A stretch of DNA of 64,000 nucleotides from Adineta vaga (taxonomy: Eukaryota > Animalia > Rotifera): contig CP075492.1 in assembly GCA_021613535.1 (NCBI GenBank), positions 6,944,001-7,008,000 of the forward strand. The letters are read 5' to 3'. Position 1 is the stretch's first letter; every line of letters begins with the position of its first letter. Of this stretch, positions 1-14,270 are shown piece by piece. The position numbers and the translations under genes were made by a program. Below the pieces are notes generated by a model. The model did no database searches, was not told where the DNA came from, and saw nothing but the letters and a program-made list of their open reading frames with translations.

Positions 1-3000
1 ATTCATATAATAATCTGTTTGTGATTGATGAGTAGTCGGATCCCAAGATATTGAATGATTATGTTCAGTTTTAACCATATCAGTTTCGATATCGAATGGA
101 ATGTATCGTGTCTATAAAAGTCGAAATGATTTTCTCTCTATTCTGTCAAAAAGAAATATATATATTGTAATATGGATGAGTTATTTCTGTTTTTTTCTTC
201 TCTTTCTCGTTTCTTATTCGATAAAAAAACAATATTTCTCTCCGCCAATAAAATCATAGAGAACAGGAAGAGAAAGAAAAGTGTCATATCATTGAAATAT
301 GTGTTAACAAATCAAACATCAAACAGATTTTTAGACAAAACCCTGAAGCAACCTCTAAGAAAGAGAAAGAGAAGAAACTTTTTCTTTTTTTTCCTTCATT
401 CATGATTGACGATGAGGGTGTTTCTAACTTGCCAATTTTGATTTATAGTATAGGAGAGCAGGTACTTTTTCTACTCTATGTAGGTATAATTACCTTATTT
501 CGTTTTTCTCTCTCGTCCAACCATACGCTACGCATGATCAAAATGCATTTATTATCGATGACAGAAGTTGTTATTACCTACTGCGTGTATATGCAAGAGA
601 GAGAAAGCAAACGAAAAATGTATACGCCTCTGTTTTAAAACATGTAAAAGTATGTTTAGTCATTGGTAATGAATTTCGTTTAATGAAGAATGACGAGAGA
701 GGGAAAAAAAGTGGAAGTGATGCGACGAATGAAAAGAACAAGGTAAAAGACATTATTCATTTGTCAGAAAGAAGATGGATAAATGAGACGAAACGACTGT
801 CACAATCATATCATTTTCAGTGAAGTATAAGTGTTGAAGAATTATATTAGATGATAAGAAGTATTCGGCCTCTTTAAGAAGGTCGTTAAACTGTTAAAAG
901 GTCGATGGTTTTCTACTGACATAGGTCTTGTAAGTAATTTCAAGTTTCATTTGCTTGAATCTTTTACTAATATGAGTGTCTCAATTAAAAAGAGACATCA
1001 GATTCATCTGTGTTCAATGAACCGTTCAATGTTGTGAAATCATTTTCTTCTTTCGGATCACATCTCTTTGACTCCTATTCTTTCTTCTGACAATCTCAAG
1101 CGGTGTGATATTGATGTAACACAATTAAAGAAGGAATTCGCCGCTCAATCGATCACTACTCTCATCCCGAAAAAGAATACAAAGAGAAAAATAGCTACTA
1201 GGCAATTTTCTTGATGATCGCAACGCAGTCAACATCAGATAATTTTCTTCTAAATAAGTTCTAGTGAAGCAAACAAGAAAATGAAAAATGATCTTTTAAT
1301 GAGGCAAACATATCATGATTTCGAATGACAACAAAAGTGATTATCATTGACAATTGAAATAATTCAGTAGCAGCATGTATCATCCATCTTATTGAACATA
1401 AGAACAATTAAAAGAACATTTTGAGCAAAAGCAAATCATCAGAAAAGATAAAAGTCTTAAAAGGTGATCTCAAGAGAAGCACCATCAATCAAATTGACTT
1501 CTATACAATATTAACAAACTTCAAAAAGATAAATGAATATTTATATAGTAACATTCCTATGTATCAGGAAACTAAATCTTCGAAATACTCATTCATGAAT
1601 GTCCTCATAAAAAAAAACACAACTTCAAAAAAGACAAAATACAAATATATTCTACACTTCGACATCAGAGACAATACACGTGTGGTTATCTTGATTAAAA
1701 TATACATTATAATCAGTCTATTGATTTTTATTATGTATGATATTCAACACCTTTGCCGAGTGTGTTTTTCACCTGACTATTTATACGATCAATCGTTAAT
1801 GTTGAAATCAATTCATTCAGAATGTCATCCACGATATTTCATCGGAAAACATTCTGTTCGTCAAAATGCAACATAAGCTGAAAAGTTTGGAAAAAAGATC
1901 ATTAATAATTGTCTGATGTCAAAAGACTGATTGGATTTTCGATGTTCCTATAGAAAGAAAGAAACTAGCTGTCAGGAAAAGGAAATTATCATGTATATTA
2001 ACGTTCATTCATAACAAAGAATTCCATCATTCAAAAATCTCGTGTTTCGCGTAATAATGATGTCATTCATCAACGAGAAGTCATTGTCTAGATCACTACT
2101 TCAGAAATATATAGTGCTGAATCGTACAATCAAAAAATGACATTGAAATTTCCTATTGAATTTAATAATCATTTGTCTAATTAAACTTGTTTATTACATG
2201 TTCATTATCCAAGTCGAATTTCGTAATTTATAACAGCTTGTTTTGGATCTTTAATCAAAAAATGTTTTTTTTCTTCTATCCTTTAGATTCAAACATTCAA
2301 TGTCTATATTCTGATTATGACAAGCTGTTCCTACTGCGGCACAACTGTATGTCCTGATGATACGTGCCAAGGTCGGTTGTAGAGAGCAAAGGAATGTTTT
2401 TCTTATATCTAACGAAGATAAACATGCACTGATAGTGAGAATGTCTGGACAAGCCAATTGAGAGATATTGATTTTAACATTCACATTGGAACTAATATCC
2501 TTGCTCATTGTTTAGTTAGTTTGATAGACCCTTAGGTGAAATAATATTTGTCTGTGCAAAATCATCAATGCATTTGAGAGAAATTCTTCATCATCATGAA
2601 AGGTTTTTCTTCTCTTTTTCCGTCCTATGAATAGTAATCAGTTGCAAAGGAACAGACTTGTAGGAGAACTTTTTTCTTATTATCCTATGAATGTAGATTA
2701 GATTTATCCGTTGAGAATATAATGAATAGAAGAAATATTCGAACGAACATAAAATTCCTCGATTACGTCATGAGAATTTACGAAAAAAGAAATGGTTTTT
2801 TTTTTGGTATCCTATATATAGAATAAACTTGAAAAAAGAGAATGAATACTGGCAAGATGTTTCTCTTTTCTTTTTCTTCCTCTCATTCGTTGAGTCTAGT
2901 ATTCCATCAATTTCCTTCGTTTATATATATATATATGTGTGTGTTTAGTTGCCCGTAATGGACCTTGATGATTATGTGCTCTCAGTAAATAGGTATGTTA

Positions 3001-3436
3001 GTGAAAGAAAAAAAACTCCCATAAAACACGCAATCCATTCTTCATATATGAGAAAGGAAATGATGAACCTTTTTGTAAAATTCTATTGAAGTTTTTCTGA
3101 TAATGATGCAAAGAAAAAACTCTTCTAGATGGTATTCTTATTTTATACTTTTGCAAATATTATTTTTTGTATTTCTCTAGGTATTAACATACGTAAGGCA
3201 AATATGTGTCATGTTAATAATGATTTGTTCTTTGAGTACTTTTTTTTAGACAGAACTGATATTTTCTGGTAAGTAGAATCTCGTAAGGTACAATAAAGAA
3301 TAAATATATAAAAATAAAAACTTGAAGTATATAAGAAAGTAACTTCGCATTGTACTATCGACATTTATTGAATTAGTAGAATTTCTCCAAAAACGAGCGT
3401 TAAAGATAATATTCTAGATGATTACAACTATTAATA

Positions 3437-6400
3437 ATGTCTAATGTAATTAATTCGAATAATAAGATTACTGATCAATCAAATAAATTGGATCGAACGA
3501 CTAGTCAAGCTCGTTTTCAAATTGAAAAAGTATTTGATGATGACGATGATAGAGGAGGTGGATCTATCAATTCAAAAAAAATACTCGATAAAACAACAAG
3601 TGCTCCTTTAAGTAGGTCAAATACACAAATAGAATTGAGTACTTTCATATAATTTATTTGAATAGGTTCATCATCATCGACTCCACGGTTGACGATCACA
3701 AATGATTTGAAGAAAAAAGTTATTTTCGGTCAAGATAGTAAAGATTTTACAGATGTAGAATCGATTATCAATCAAAATGTTGCATTTCATGAAAACATAG
3801 GCACATATGATACAATTGAAGCCTTACCACATAGTGATCATTATCGAAATTTATTTTCATTTACTGTATCAGAACCTAAAACTCGACCAACGTTGGAAGT
3901 ATTACATGGCACAGCATCGATGCCATCGAAATTAAAATTAGCATCAACTATTGATCTAAATAGCGAAATGATTAGTTCAGTAATGATACCCAATGATCAA
4001 CCATTACAGAGAGAAATGAAACCAAAAATTGAAATTGTAAAATTCGGATGGATTATAGGTGTTCTAGTATGTTTGCTGATTATTTTCATTTCGAAATCTT
4101 GAATATTCCCATCGTAGATTCGTTGTGTATTGAATATATTTGGTGTGATGTTATTTCTTCGTCTATCTTGGGTTACGGGTCAAGCTGGTATTGGTTTAGC
4201 ATGCTTAATCATCATTATTTCGACACTAGTAACAGTTTTAACATCATTATCAATGAGTGCTATATGTACGAATGGTGAAGTCAAAGGTGGTGGAACTTAT
4301 TATTTAATTTCACGAAGTCTTGGACCAGAATTTGGCGGTGCTATTGGCTTGATTTTTTCCTTCGTTAGTAAGGATAATTTGAATATTAAAAAGAATTCGA
4401 CTAAATCTTTGAATAGATGCAGTTGCAGCCGCGATGTATACAATTGGTTTTGCTGAAACAGTTCGTGACATTCTAAAAGTAAGGCAAAGTGAAAATGGAT
4501 TTGTTTTGAAATTGAAAAATAAATATCTAGGAATATGGTGTTAAAATATTCGGAATAGTTATTGATGGAGAATCAGTAAATGTTGTTCGAGTTATCGGTA
4601 TGTTCTTATATCTATGACATAAATGTTTTCTATTGATTCTTCACTTATTGTAGGAGTTATTACTATGACAATTATTTTGGGTATTGCTTTGATTGGTATG
4701 CGTGGAGAAACCATCGTACAAATTACATTACTTATTACGTTAATTGCATCACTTTTCGATTTCTTTATTGGTTCTTTGATGCCTGTGACACCGTATAAAC
4801 GTCGTCACGGTTTTGAAGGATATTCATGTAAGGATAGAAACTTGTTGCTGTGAAGTAAAAGATTGTTCTATGGTATGATTTCAGGGAAGATCGTAAAAGA
4901 AAATTTCGGACCAAAATTTATTAATGGTGAAACCTTTCAACATGTCTTCGGTGTTTTCTTTCCTTCAGTTACAGGAATTCTTGCTGGTGCAAATATATCT
5001 GGAAATTTAAAAGTAATTCGAAATAATAACATTCAAAAGAAATTCACAAAATGAATATATCAATCTTCTAGAATCCATCAAAAGCTATTCCATTAGGAAC
5101 CAATGTTGCTATTGCAATAACAACTTTTGTGTATCTTGCATTTTGTGTTATTTCAGGATGTACAACACATCGTGAAATTCCTTGTAAGAATTCTATTTAC
5201 TATCAAAAGAATGTTGAGTTTTATTTTGAAATTTCAGTGGATTATTATGAACGTCGAAATGGTAGCGTGATGCAAATAATCAATTGTACATCACGTTTAA
5301 ATGACAAAAATTGTAAATCCGGATTAGTTTATAATTATCAAACAATGAAAATGATATCTGCATTTGGACCAGTTATAACTGGTTTGTACAATCTTTGTTT
5401 TATATTATATTTACTCTTTCTTCTAATGTACTAGCTGGAATTTTTGCAGCAACATTATCAAGTGCTTTGGGTAAGATTGAATATTTATTTAGAATTCATT
5501 TGATCTATGGGAGATTCTTTTAGCAAGTCTGGTCGGCGCTCCGAAGATATTTCAAGCTGTTTGTCGTGATATGATTTTTCCTCATTTGAAATATTTTGCT
5601 GTCGGTAGTGGAAAATCTGATGAACCAATACGCGCCTATTTTCTTACGTATTTCGTTGCTGTTTTATTCACTGCTATTGGTAAGAGAAATGTTTTTTTTT
5701 GAAATATTCAATAATATTTATATATTTTGTCTAAAGGTGAATTAAATGTTATTGCACCCATAATTTCTAACTTTTTTCTTATGACCTATGCACTAGTAAA
5801 TTATGCATGTTTCGATGCTTCATTAGCAAAAGCAAGTGGATGGCGACCAGGATTTCGATATTATAATAAATGGTTAGCATTAACAGGAGCAATATTTTGT
5901 ATTGCCGTTATGTTCATTATCAATTGGTAAGATCTCAAATTAGAAAAGAAATCTATTTACAAAAATTTTATCTCTACAGGTGGGCAGCTTTGATTACATT
6001 TCTTGTAAATATTGGAATTTATCTTTATGTTCGAACGACAAAACCAGGTATGAAATTTTCTTCTACCAATAGAATCTATACGATGAATTAATTGATGTAG
6101 AAATCAATTGGGGTTCATCAGTTCAAGCACATACCTATCGTCGTGCACTTGATGCCACTCATAAATTAGATACAATCAAAGAACATGTAAAAAATTTTCG
6201 ACCTCAAATGTTAGTTTTTACTGGAAATCCAATTAATCGCCCAATATTAGTTGATCTCTGTTCATTAGTTACATATGGACGTAGTTTAATGATTTGTGGT
6301 AATGTTATTATAGTACGTAAAGAAAAAAATCTTGTGTTGTTGATGAAAATGAAGTTTAACGAACTTGTTTTTCAAAGGATGATCCAACAGTCAATCTTAC

Positions 6401-7705
6401 ATACAAAAAGGATGATGATGGAGAATTATGGTTAAAACAACGTACAGCAAAAGCATTCTATCAACCTGTTATTGAACCTACTCTTCGACAAGGAGCTATT
6501 GCTTTATTACAAGTGTGTAGATGTAAACCTTGAAGTTTTTGAAATGATTTCATACCGTTTTGCTATTTAGTGTGTCGGAGTAGGTAAAATGCGACCAAAT
6601 GTAGCTGTGCTTGGCTTTAAAAATGATTGGACGGTCAATGCTATTACTTCTATTGATTATTTTAATATTATTCATGATGCATTACATCTAAAATATGGTA
6701 TTGGTATTTTACGATTACAAACAGGATTGGATTCAAGTGATTTTTTTCAACCAGGTACCATCGTTGTTTTTTTCAAGATGACTTATATATGAAATCTTAT
6801 TGAATAGATTTACCTGATGATGAAGATGATGACGATGATGATGATAATGAAGAATCAATAATTTCAAGTCCATTACGTGTTTCGAAAACAAATAATAACA
6901 GTACTCTACCACAACAAACGGATAGTCAAATATTAAAAAATACCGGTTATAATGAGAATGTTTCATTAATAATGGATATGTTTCGTCCAAAGAACACATT
7001 ATCCCCTATTATTGATGTTTGGTGGTTATTTGATGATGGTGGACTGACATTACTCTTACCGTATCTATTGAGACGTCGAAAACGTTGGCGTAATTGTCGA
7101 CTTCGAATATTTTCATGTGTACCTGGAGATAAAAATGAAGCTGAACGACAACATGTTGCTATGGCATCGTTATTGACTAAATTTCGAATTAAATATACTG
7201 ATTTACATGTTCTTCATGGTCTTAATAAACAACCGAATGAATGTGAAACACAAAAATTTGATCAACTTTTACAAACATGGCATCAGAATAATGAAAATAT
7301 ATCGACAACGGATGAATCATGGAAAATTACAGATATAGAATTAGATATGAATAAAGAAAAGATTAGAAGAGGACTTAATTTACATGAATTTCTCGTTGAA
7401 TATAGTTCACAATCAACTCTCATTGTTGTGTAAGTATTAGTAAGATTATCGAGCAGTGAAGAAAAAGGGTTGATAATTTCAATCTCTTTTTCCAAAATTC
7501 TCGTCTGTTACTTCGAACAAACTATCGACATTTCTGCTGATCTATATATATTCTATCGTTTTCATTTAGTACATTACCAATTCCACGAAAACAGTCAATA
7601 TCTGCTGGTCTCTATCTTGCATATCTAGATGCAATTAGTTACAATTTACCTCCATTATTATTCTTACGTGGTAATCAAAAGAATGTTTTGACATATTATT
7701 CCTAA
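3437..7705 (+). CDS. SLC12 family Na-K-2Cl/Na-Cl cotransporter (NKCC-like), multi-exon
   Basis: Spliced ORFs give [116 protein letters not shown] and a terminal [13 protein letters not shown] (TAA 7703-7705). Confidence 0.95.
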
Positions 7706-7932
7706 TTTATTTTCGTATAAAGACAATGAAAGTGTTCTTCCGGTGATATCTATACGTACATGTGTTGTTTTTTCTCTGTTCGTTATGTATTTATAAGAAG
7801 ACAAAAAGAAAAAGAAGAATAAGGAAGTAATGATCGAATTACTTTTAATATGCTAATTTTCTCTGATGATTTTTGTACAAATATGTCATGATTTAGTATA
7901 AAAAAGAAAGAAAGAAAGAAAGTATAGAGAGA

Positions 7933-10332
7933 TTATTGTTGTTGTAAACTGGAGAGATGATTAAGAATTTTTGCATTTCCTGTTGCATCAAGCCATGCTT
8001 CAAAATTTGATACAACAAAACGTTGAAAACGTTGACGTTGTTCGGGATTTAATTGCGCAGCTGTGATTTCATTAGCTAGAGTAGAAATCGATTTTTGTCG
8101 TTTATCCATCGCTGACTGGTATTCTGCTGGAAGTGGAAGTAATCCATCCTATATACACGTAAGGAAAAGAAGTAGTTTATTGAGAAAAAACGTTTTGTCT
8201 CCTACTGTTTGTTGATCTTCTAGACGAATTGAACTTATTGGATAGAAATCGTCTGGTGGAAGAAGTGACCATGGTTGTTCATCAACATAACCAGCTGGAT
8301 GAGTGACTAATGGTTTATTCCATAGATTTAGTTCTTTACAAAGACCACTATGTTCCATTTGTTCAAGTAATTCTACATGAGATGAATTGTAAGGTGCAAA
8401 TAATAAACTAGCACAATTTAATTGAATTAATGGTCGTGATGGTGTATGAATATAAAACGATGATGAACGACATTGACTGGAAATAAATCATATTCAATGT
8501 GTTAATAGAATTCGAGATGATACAAAAACAAACCTAATCAGTACTCGACGACACACAGCAGATATGGAAACATTTTCACAATCAGTTACTTTTAGTGTTG
8601 TCTCAACAGCGCCAAGAACGATTGTTACATTATGACATTTACGAACTTCAACGCATCTATAGAAAGATAAACATAACACGTTTTCGATTATAAGTATATG
8701 AAAGATATCTTGATCACCGTAATGGAGCAAGTATGTAGATATATGAATAACTGCAGCGATGTATACGAAACTCTGCATTAGTAATATCAGATGATTGCTA
8801 AACAAAATACAAAAAAAAGGATAATCACGATGGATAAAAAAAAGGATTTTTCTTACTTGATCACTTAATGATCGATTAATCATTGTCATTAATACAAATC
8901 GATGTCTGGAAAAAACAAAAAATATCATACAATCGTCATTCTATTATCATAATATATCTTACCGTTCATCAGCAAAATTCGAATTACATAGAACTCGACC
9001 AGATCTTTGTTCATGAGTAGGATCTAAATAAAGTTATATTCAATGATCATACTGAGTGTTAAGTCATCACAAACTATTGAATGGTAGTGGTAAAAGTGTT
9101 CCACGTTTCATTGTTTGTCCGACTTGAAATGGATTAGCAATAAGTGAACGACGAATTAAATTTGATAGATTTTTAAATGGAACAATTGATTTATTCTACA
9201 TAGACATTGTTTATAAATCGTTTTCTATCTTATGAAAAAAAATTTCATCTCTTACAATGCCTATTTCATGTTGAATCGATGGATTTTGAATAAGTTCATG
9301 GAATGTAATAATCTTTCGAAGATTATCATGAAGTGTTCCTTCAAAAATATAACTAAGTGCTGTTATAGCATCCATATTTAAAGTAGCAGATTGAACACTT
9401 TCACTTGCATTGGATTCTTAAACGAATAAAGAGACATTTTCAAAGGAAAGTCGATGATCAACATGATAATATACCTGGTGTTTCTGCAACAATATTTAAT
9501 AGATCATCTAGATGTGCTTGAATGAATAATTGATGACTTTGTTCATCATATATCTAAATGAAGGTTGTTGACAAAAGAAAACTAGATGATCGAAGAAAAG
9601 AGTAAAATACATACGCGATTTTTTCGAGCATCTAAATCGGAATTTCGTTTACGATTTGGCCATCTAAATAATTCATTTGAGAATATGTTCTATTTGAAAA
9701 TTATCAATACAAACTCATCACGAGAAAGAGTTGATTTGAGATCAATTTGATGGAATGATTGAAGAAAAAGAAGAAGAATAAACGCTAAACTATCAACTTT
9801 TCGGGAATCTTTAAGTCGTTCTAATATGTAAAGAAATCATAATTTGAATATCAAAACTAAAGTTTGAACAAACCATTTTCGGTAGAAGTATTTGCTTTTG
9901 ATGTTTGAATATCAGTTTGTATTCGACGTTGAGGCGAAACATTAGTTAACATACTATATGTTTCAAAATACCTGCAAAGAATTGTATTACAATCTATTAA
10001 TGATTCAATCAAATATCATCACTTACATCCATGCTAATTCTTCAGACATATGTAATTTTGAACAAGCAATATGTCGCCAAAGCATATAACTAAATAGATC
10101 GATATCTCTTTTAATTTTGAGACAAAATGCAAAAATATAGTTACTTCATTTTTGGATAACCTGCTGTTCCACTTTTCTTCATATATTTAACGAGAGATTT
10201 TAAACTTGCAGGTGTAATATCGGGTGGTGGTGGTGTGGTCAATGCACCAAAGGTAAATACTTCTGCTCGACACCATATTGCTAAATGATGTCGATTATCA
10301 CTTGTATGCGATTGTTGATGATGTTCACTCAT
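7933..10332 (-). CDS. TBCCD1: TBCC domain-containing protein 1 (C-CAP/cofactor C domain), multi-exon
   Basis: N-terminal IWCRAEVFTFGAL; C-CAP beta-helix IYLLAPLR-CVEVRKCHNVTIVLGAVETTLKVTDCENVSISAVCRR; IHTPSRPL, FAPYN, LNLWNKPL, LLPPDDFYP. The last exon ends ...SSLQQQ* at 7933. Confidence 0.85.
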
Positions 10333-10407
10333 CTGAAACTTCGAGAAATGAAATATTACAAAAATTTGACAAATAAAAAAAAAACATAAAAAGGAAATAT
10401 ATTTTCT

Positions 10408-11342
10408 TTAAACACTTTCTCCAGCAGTTACACGCTGTGCAGTAAATAAACCGGGAAAATAATATTCAGGATGTCGACTATTGTTATCAACCCAAACAAG
10501 ACCTTCTTTAATCATAAAATCAATAGCTGCTTGAATTCGATCATCTGACCATTTAAATTCATCACGTAATTGTTCTCGTGTAAAACTTGCACGTGTCTGT
10601 AAAGAATTCAATATTGCCATATGATCCATACTTAATTCTCCTGGTATACATTGTATGAGAATACGTCCTTGACCATTGGTTGGTTCAATTACTGCAAATC
10701 CATCACCAAGTGCTCGTAATTTTTTAATCGCACGTAAAATATCATCAGTCGAAACATCTTGAGCAGATTTCGATTTTCCACGTGATTTTCGAACTCGTAA
10801 TAAAAGTTCATCGAGCGATATTAATCCACCATTTTGTTCACTTGTAGCAACACATACTTCAACAATTTGTACAGCTAATTCATAATAAAAGTCACCAACA
10901 CCAAGTACTTGTGACCAAAATCCTTTACTTGCTAAGAGAACAAACAAATATATATATAGCAGAATTTGCTTGATTTGAATCTTACAAGCAAGTGGATCAA
11001 CACCCACTGTAGCACACATTTCTTGAAATTGTCGACGAAAAGCAAGATTTTTCTTTATTTCATTCTTATGTTTTTCAGCAAATTTCTCCAAATTATCACG
11101 AAATGTTTCAAATTGTCTTGCAAGCTAAACATAGAAACAACAGAAAATCTAATCAACTACCGATATTTCATGATCTCCTCGATTCTTTACCTTTTCAAGA
11201 TGGTCACGAGCAAGTTCCGAACCTTTTTCACTAAATTTCGCCTAAAATCAACAATATTTTATCGATACTTTCAGAAAAATCTTGTTCGTACCTTTTCCAA
11301 CAATTGTTGATTAATTCCTCCAATACCAACACCTCGTCGCAT
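10408..11342 (-). CDS. SNF8: ESCRT-II subunit SNF8/VPS22/EAP30
   Basis: Starts MRRGVGIGGI; contains FRRQFQEMCATVGVDPLA, GFWSQVLGVGDFYYELAVQIVEVC, NGGLISLDEL, EGLVWVD and YYFPGLF. Confidence 0.95.
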
Positions 11343-11647
11343 GATATTCTCTAGAATAAAAATAACATCAAATACATCCATACATGATTGTGTTTTTTCT
11401 TATTCTCTCGTTAATGTTTATTACAACTAAAGACGAACAACAATCGTTTTTCATTCTGCTCTTTTTTTTAAAAATAAATATCATGCATACATACCATTAC
11501 ACATACAGAGACAAAGATTTATTAGTTGGAAAGATACATAGAAAAAGAAACAAAAACGAATTGCTTTTGTCTGAATGTAAGAAAAGCGAGAAAAACATTG
11601 TGCTCATAAATATACATATAAACAAAAGAACAGAAAAGAAAGGTGAT

Positions 11648-13874
11648 TTAATTGTCAAATAATAAATCTGATTTTTGCGATGATGATGATAATTGAAGAC
11701 GTCGTTCACGATCAAGAAATCGTCTGGAAAAGAAAAACAAAAACAGAAAAATTTTAATGGAAAAAGCGATTTTATCTTGTTTTTACCGTCTCATATGTGC
11801 AATTAATTGTTGTTTTCGAGTAGCAAGTGGAAGTTGTGGATCTAATGGCCATGTAAAATTATCATTATCATTAGTATCAATTAAATCATCAGTTTGAGTT
11901 GTCCGTTGTATATCAGATCTAAAAATCGAATAATACATACATGTATAGTTCATTCATTAAGACTTACAATAAATCTGTATCAGTAGGTTCACCAAGCTCA
12001 GATAATGATGTTTCCGATGATGTATAAGAAGATTCTTCAGATGCAGATGATTCATGTTGATGCGTCGTTTGTTGTGATTCAATACGAATACGATGATCAA
12101 TGATATTTTCTATAGTTGCATCCATTGATTGCGTACGTTGTAAATCAGTGAGAATGATTTCATATGGAATTTGAGGAAAGATTTGTTGAACACTTTGAGC
12201 CATGCTTGTTAATTGTACACCAGTAAGACGAGCACGTCCAAGACGAAATGGAAAATTATGATTGATTTCGATTGAAAAACTTGGTAACCAAGATGAATAT
12301 CGACTACCATCAAATCGAAATAAATGATTTCGTGGTGGACGTTGAGTAGTTGTATCATTCATACCATGCACATTTCGTGCTAGACGAGCAAGTGTTAATG
12401 ATGGCCAAAGAAGAAAATTCGGTGTCGGTGGAACTGCTGGAGGCGGTGGTGGTGGTGGGGGTGTGGGTGATGGTATAGGTGTCTGTTGACTTGTTTCATC
12501 TTGTAATGATAAACGACATATAGGACATGTTGTATCTTGTTCAAGCCAACTTCGAAGACAATTCTGATGAAATAAATGACCACCTAAAAGAAATCAATTA
12601 TACATTCTCTGTCTTTCGTCTTCTCATTCAATCTTACATGGTAAACATCTTGCTTTTTCGAATTTTTCCCAACAAATTGAACAAACTTCATCTAAACTTG
12701 ATACATAATTTTGTTTCAAATATTTCTGTTCTAAATCATATTTGGTTAAAAGTGGATATTTTTTCTCCATTCGAAGCATTGCAATACGATAGGATTTATG
12801 TCTTTTCAAACGTTGCGTTAATTCATTAAATAATGGTTTCAATTGCATAAAAAATATCAAAGATGTCATCGACATAAATGTTTGATGATAGAATAACATT
12901 TGTAAATGATGCATAATATCAATCAATAATGTTATGATATGATAGAGAAATTCGATATAATAAATCACATATGATCGATATTCACTCGATGTTATTGAAG
13001 GATTTTGTTTTTGTTGTTCATAGATATAATATTGAAAAATATATTTAAATAAGAGATAACATATATTGAGTGTTAATAAAATCGTTTCAGCTAACATAAA
13101 GAAAAAGACCGAAAGGCCACCATATTTCAACCCGATAAGAAAACAAATCGTCAATAAAATACATGATAAAAGAAGTAAAGAACTCAATAGACCAAGAATT
13201 TTCAACAGTGGTCGTCGACGAATTGAAACTGAAACTGATAACTGAAATAAGAATAGAAAAAGATGAAAATATTGAAAAATGAAATTGAAATTGAATAGAA
13301 AACAACGTACTAATTCGAAACGATCTTTCGATAATTGACAGAATGAAATTGTAAATGCTATAATTGAAAACCAAGATATCCAAAGAGCGAGTTCATTTAA
13401 ATTTTCTAAACCAAGTACGCCGAAAAGAAAACAAAATTTATAAAATGCATAATTCCAAAATTTATCTTTAATCCGTTGTAATTCAACTAAACGTAATTCA
13501 CCAAAGATCAATCCCTGTAAATATTTGCCAAATAAACCAATTGAACAATAAATAGCATTGACAAGAATCTAAAGAACAAATATATCAATGATATCTTCAA
13601 AAATAACTATGAAATATTTTACTAGTAAGGATAAAGATTGAGATAGAATAATAGAAAATAATGTTTGCATATATGCCAATGAGAAAGGTTTCTCATCGGA
13701 GAAAATTTTCGTTCCATTTGTAAGCGTTTCATTAGTTGAATTAATAACATTTGTTTGTATTAAATGATGATAATAGAATATATTACCAAAAAATAAAGAC
13801 GTACTAATCAATGTATAATATCGAAGAGATGGCAATGGTAATCGATCGAGTACGTGTCGAAGACGTAAAGGCAT
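11648..13874 (-). CDS. AMFR: ERAD E3 ubiquitin ligase AMFR/gp78 (TM region, RING-H2, CUE, G2BR-like)
   Basis: RLPLPSLRYY; IFGELRLVELQRIKDKFWNYAFYKF; RING-H2 CSICWEKFEKARCLPCGHLFHQNCLRSWLEQDTTCPICR; HLFRFDGSRYSSWLPSFSIE; CUE AQSVQQIFPQIPYEIILTDLQRTQSMDATIENI; C-terminal RKQQLIAHMRRRFLDRERRLQ. Confidence 0.92.
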
Positions 13875-14270
13875 GATTATATTATCTTAAATAAGGAAGA
13901 GAAAAAAAATAGCTCGACCTAGTGAATTCGATATAAAAAAAAGATAATATATTGAAAGAGAGTAGGTAGAGAATGAAGGCGTAATACATACCGAGCAAGA
14001 ATAAGAATCCAATAAACTAGAGCAACAATTTGCTTTACATTTTGGTATTCTATATACCCATGCAATAAAATGATTGAATGAACTTCAGGGACGAAAGATG
14101 TCGTATGTTGATGGAAAAACAACAAATCATATGAATCTTATATATATAGACAAGAAAAGAGTGAAGATATTAATAATATTTATTTTTAGTTAAAATTTAT
14201 AAAATAAAAGTAATTGATTAATTTGTTACAGTCATCATTCACATATACTTTGGAATATTGACTGGTTGTT

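Noticed and set aside
172-1876. ORFs of 77, 78 and 151 aa upstream of the SLC12 gene
   Set aside because: They are F/I/K-rich translations typical of AT-rich non-coding DNA, with no motifs or exon structure.
2251-2535. GC-richer stretch; a plus frame gives SCSYCGTTVCPDDTC after an acceptor
   Set aside because: Several in-frame stops and no recognisable family; at most a decayed fragment.
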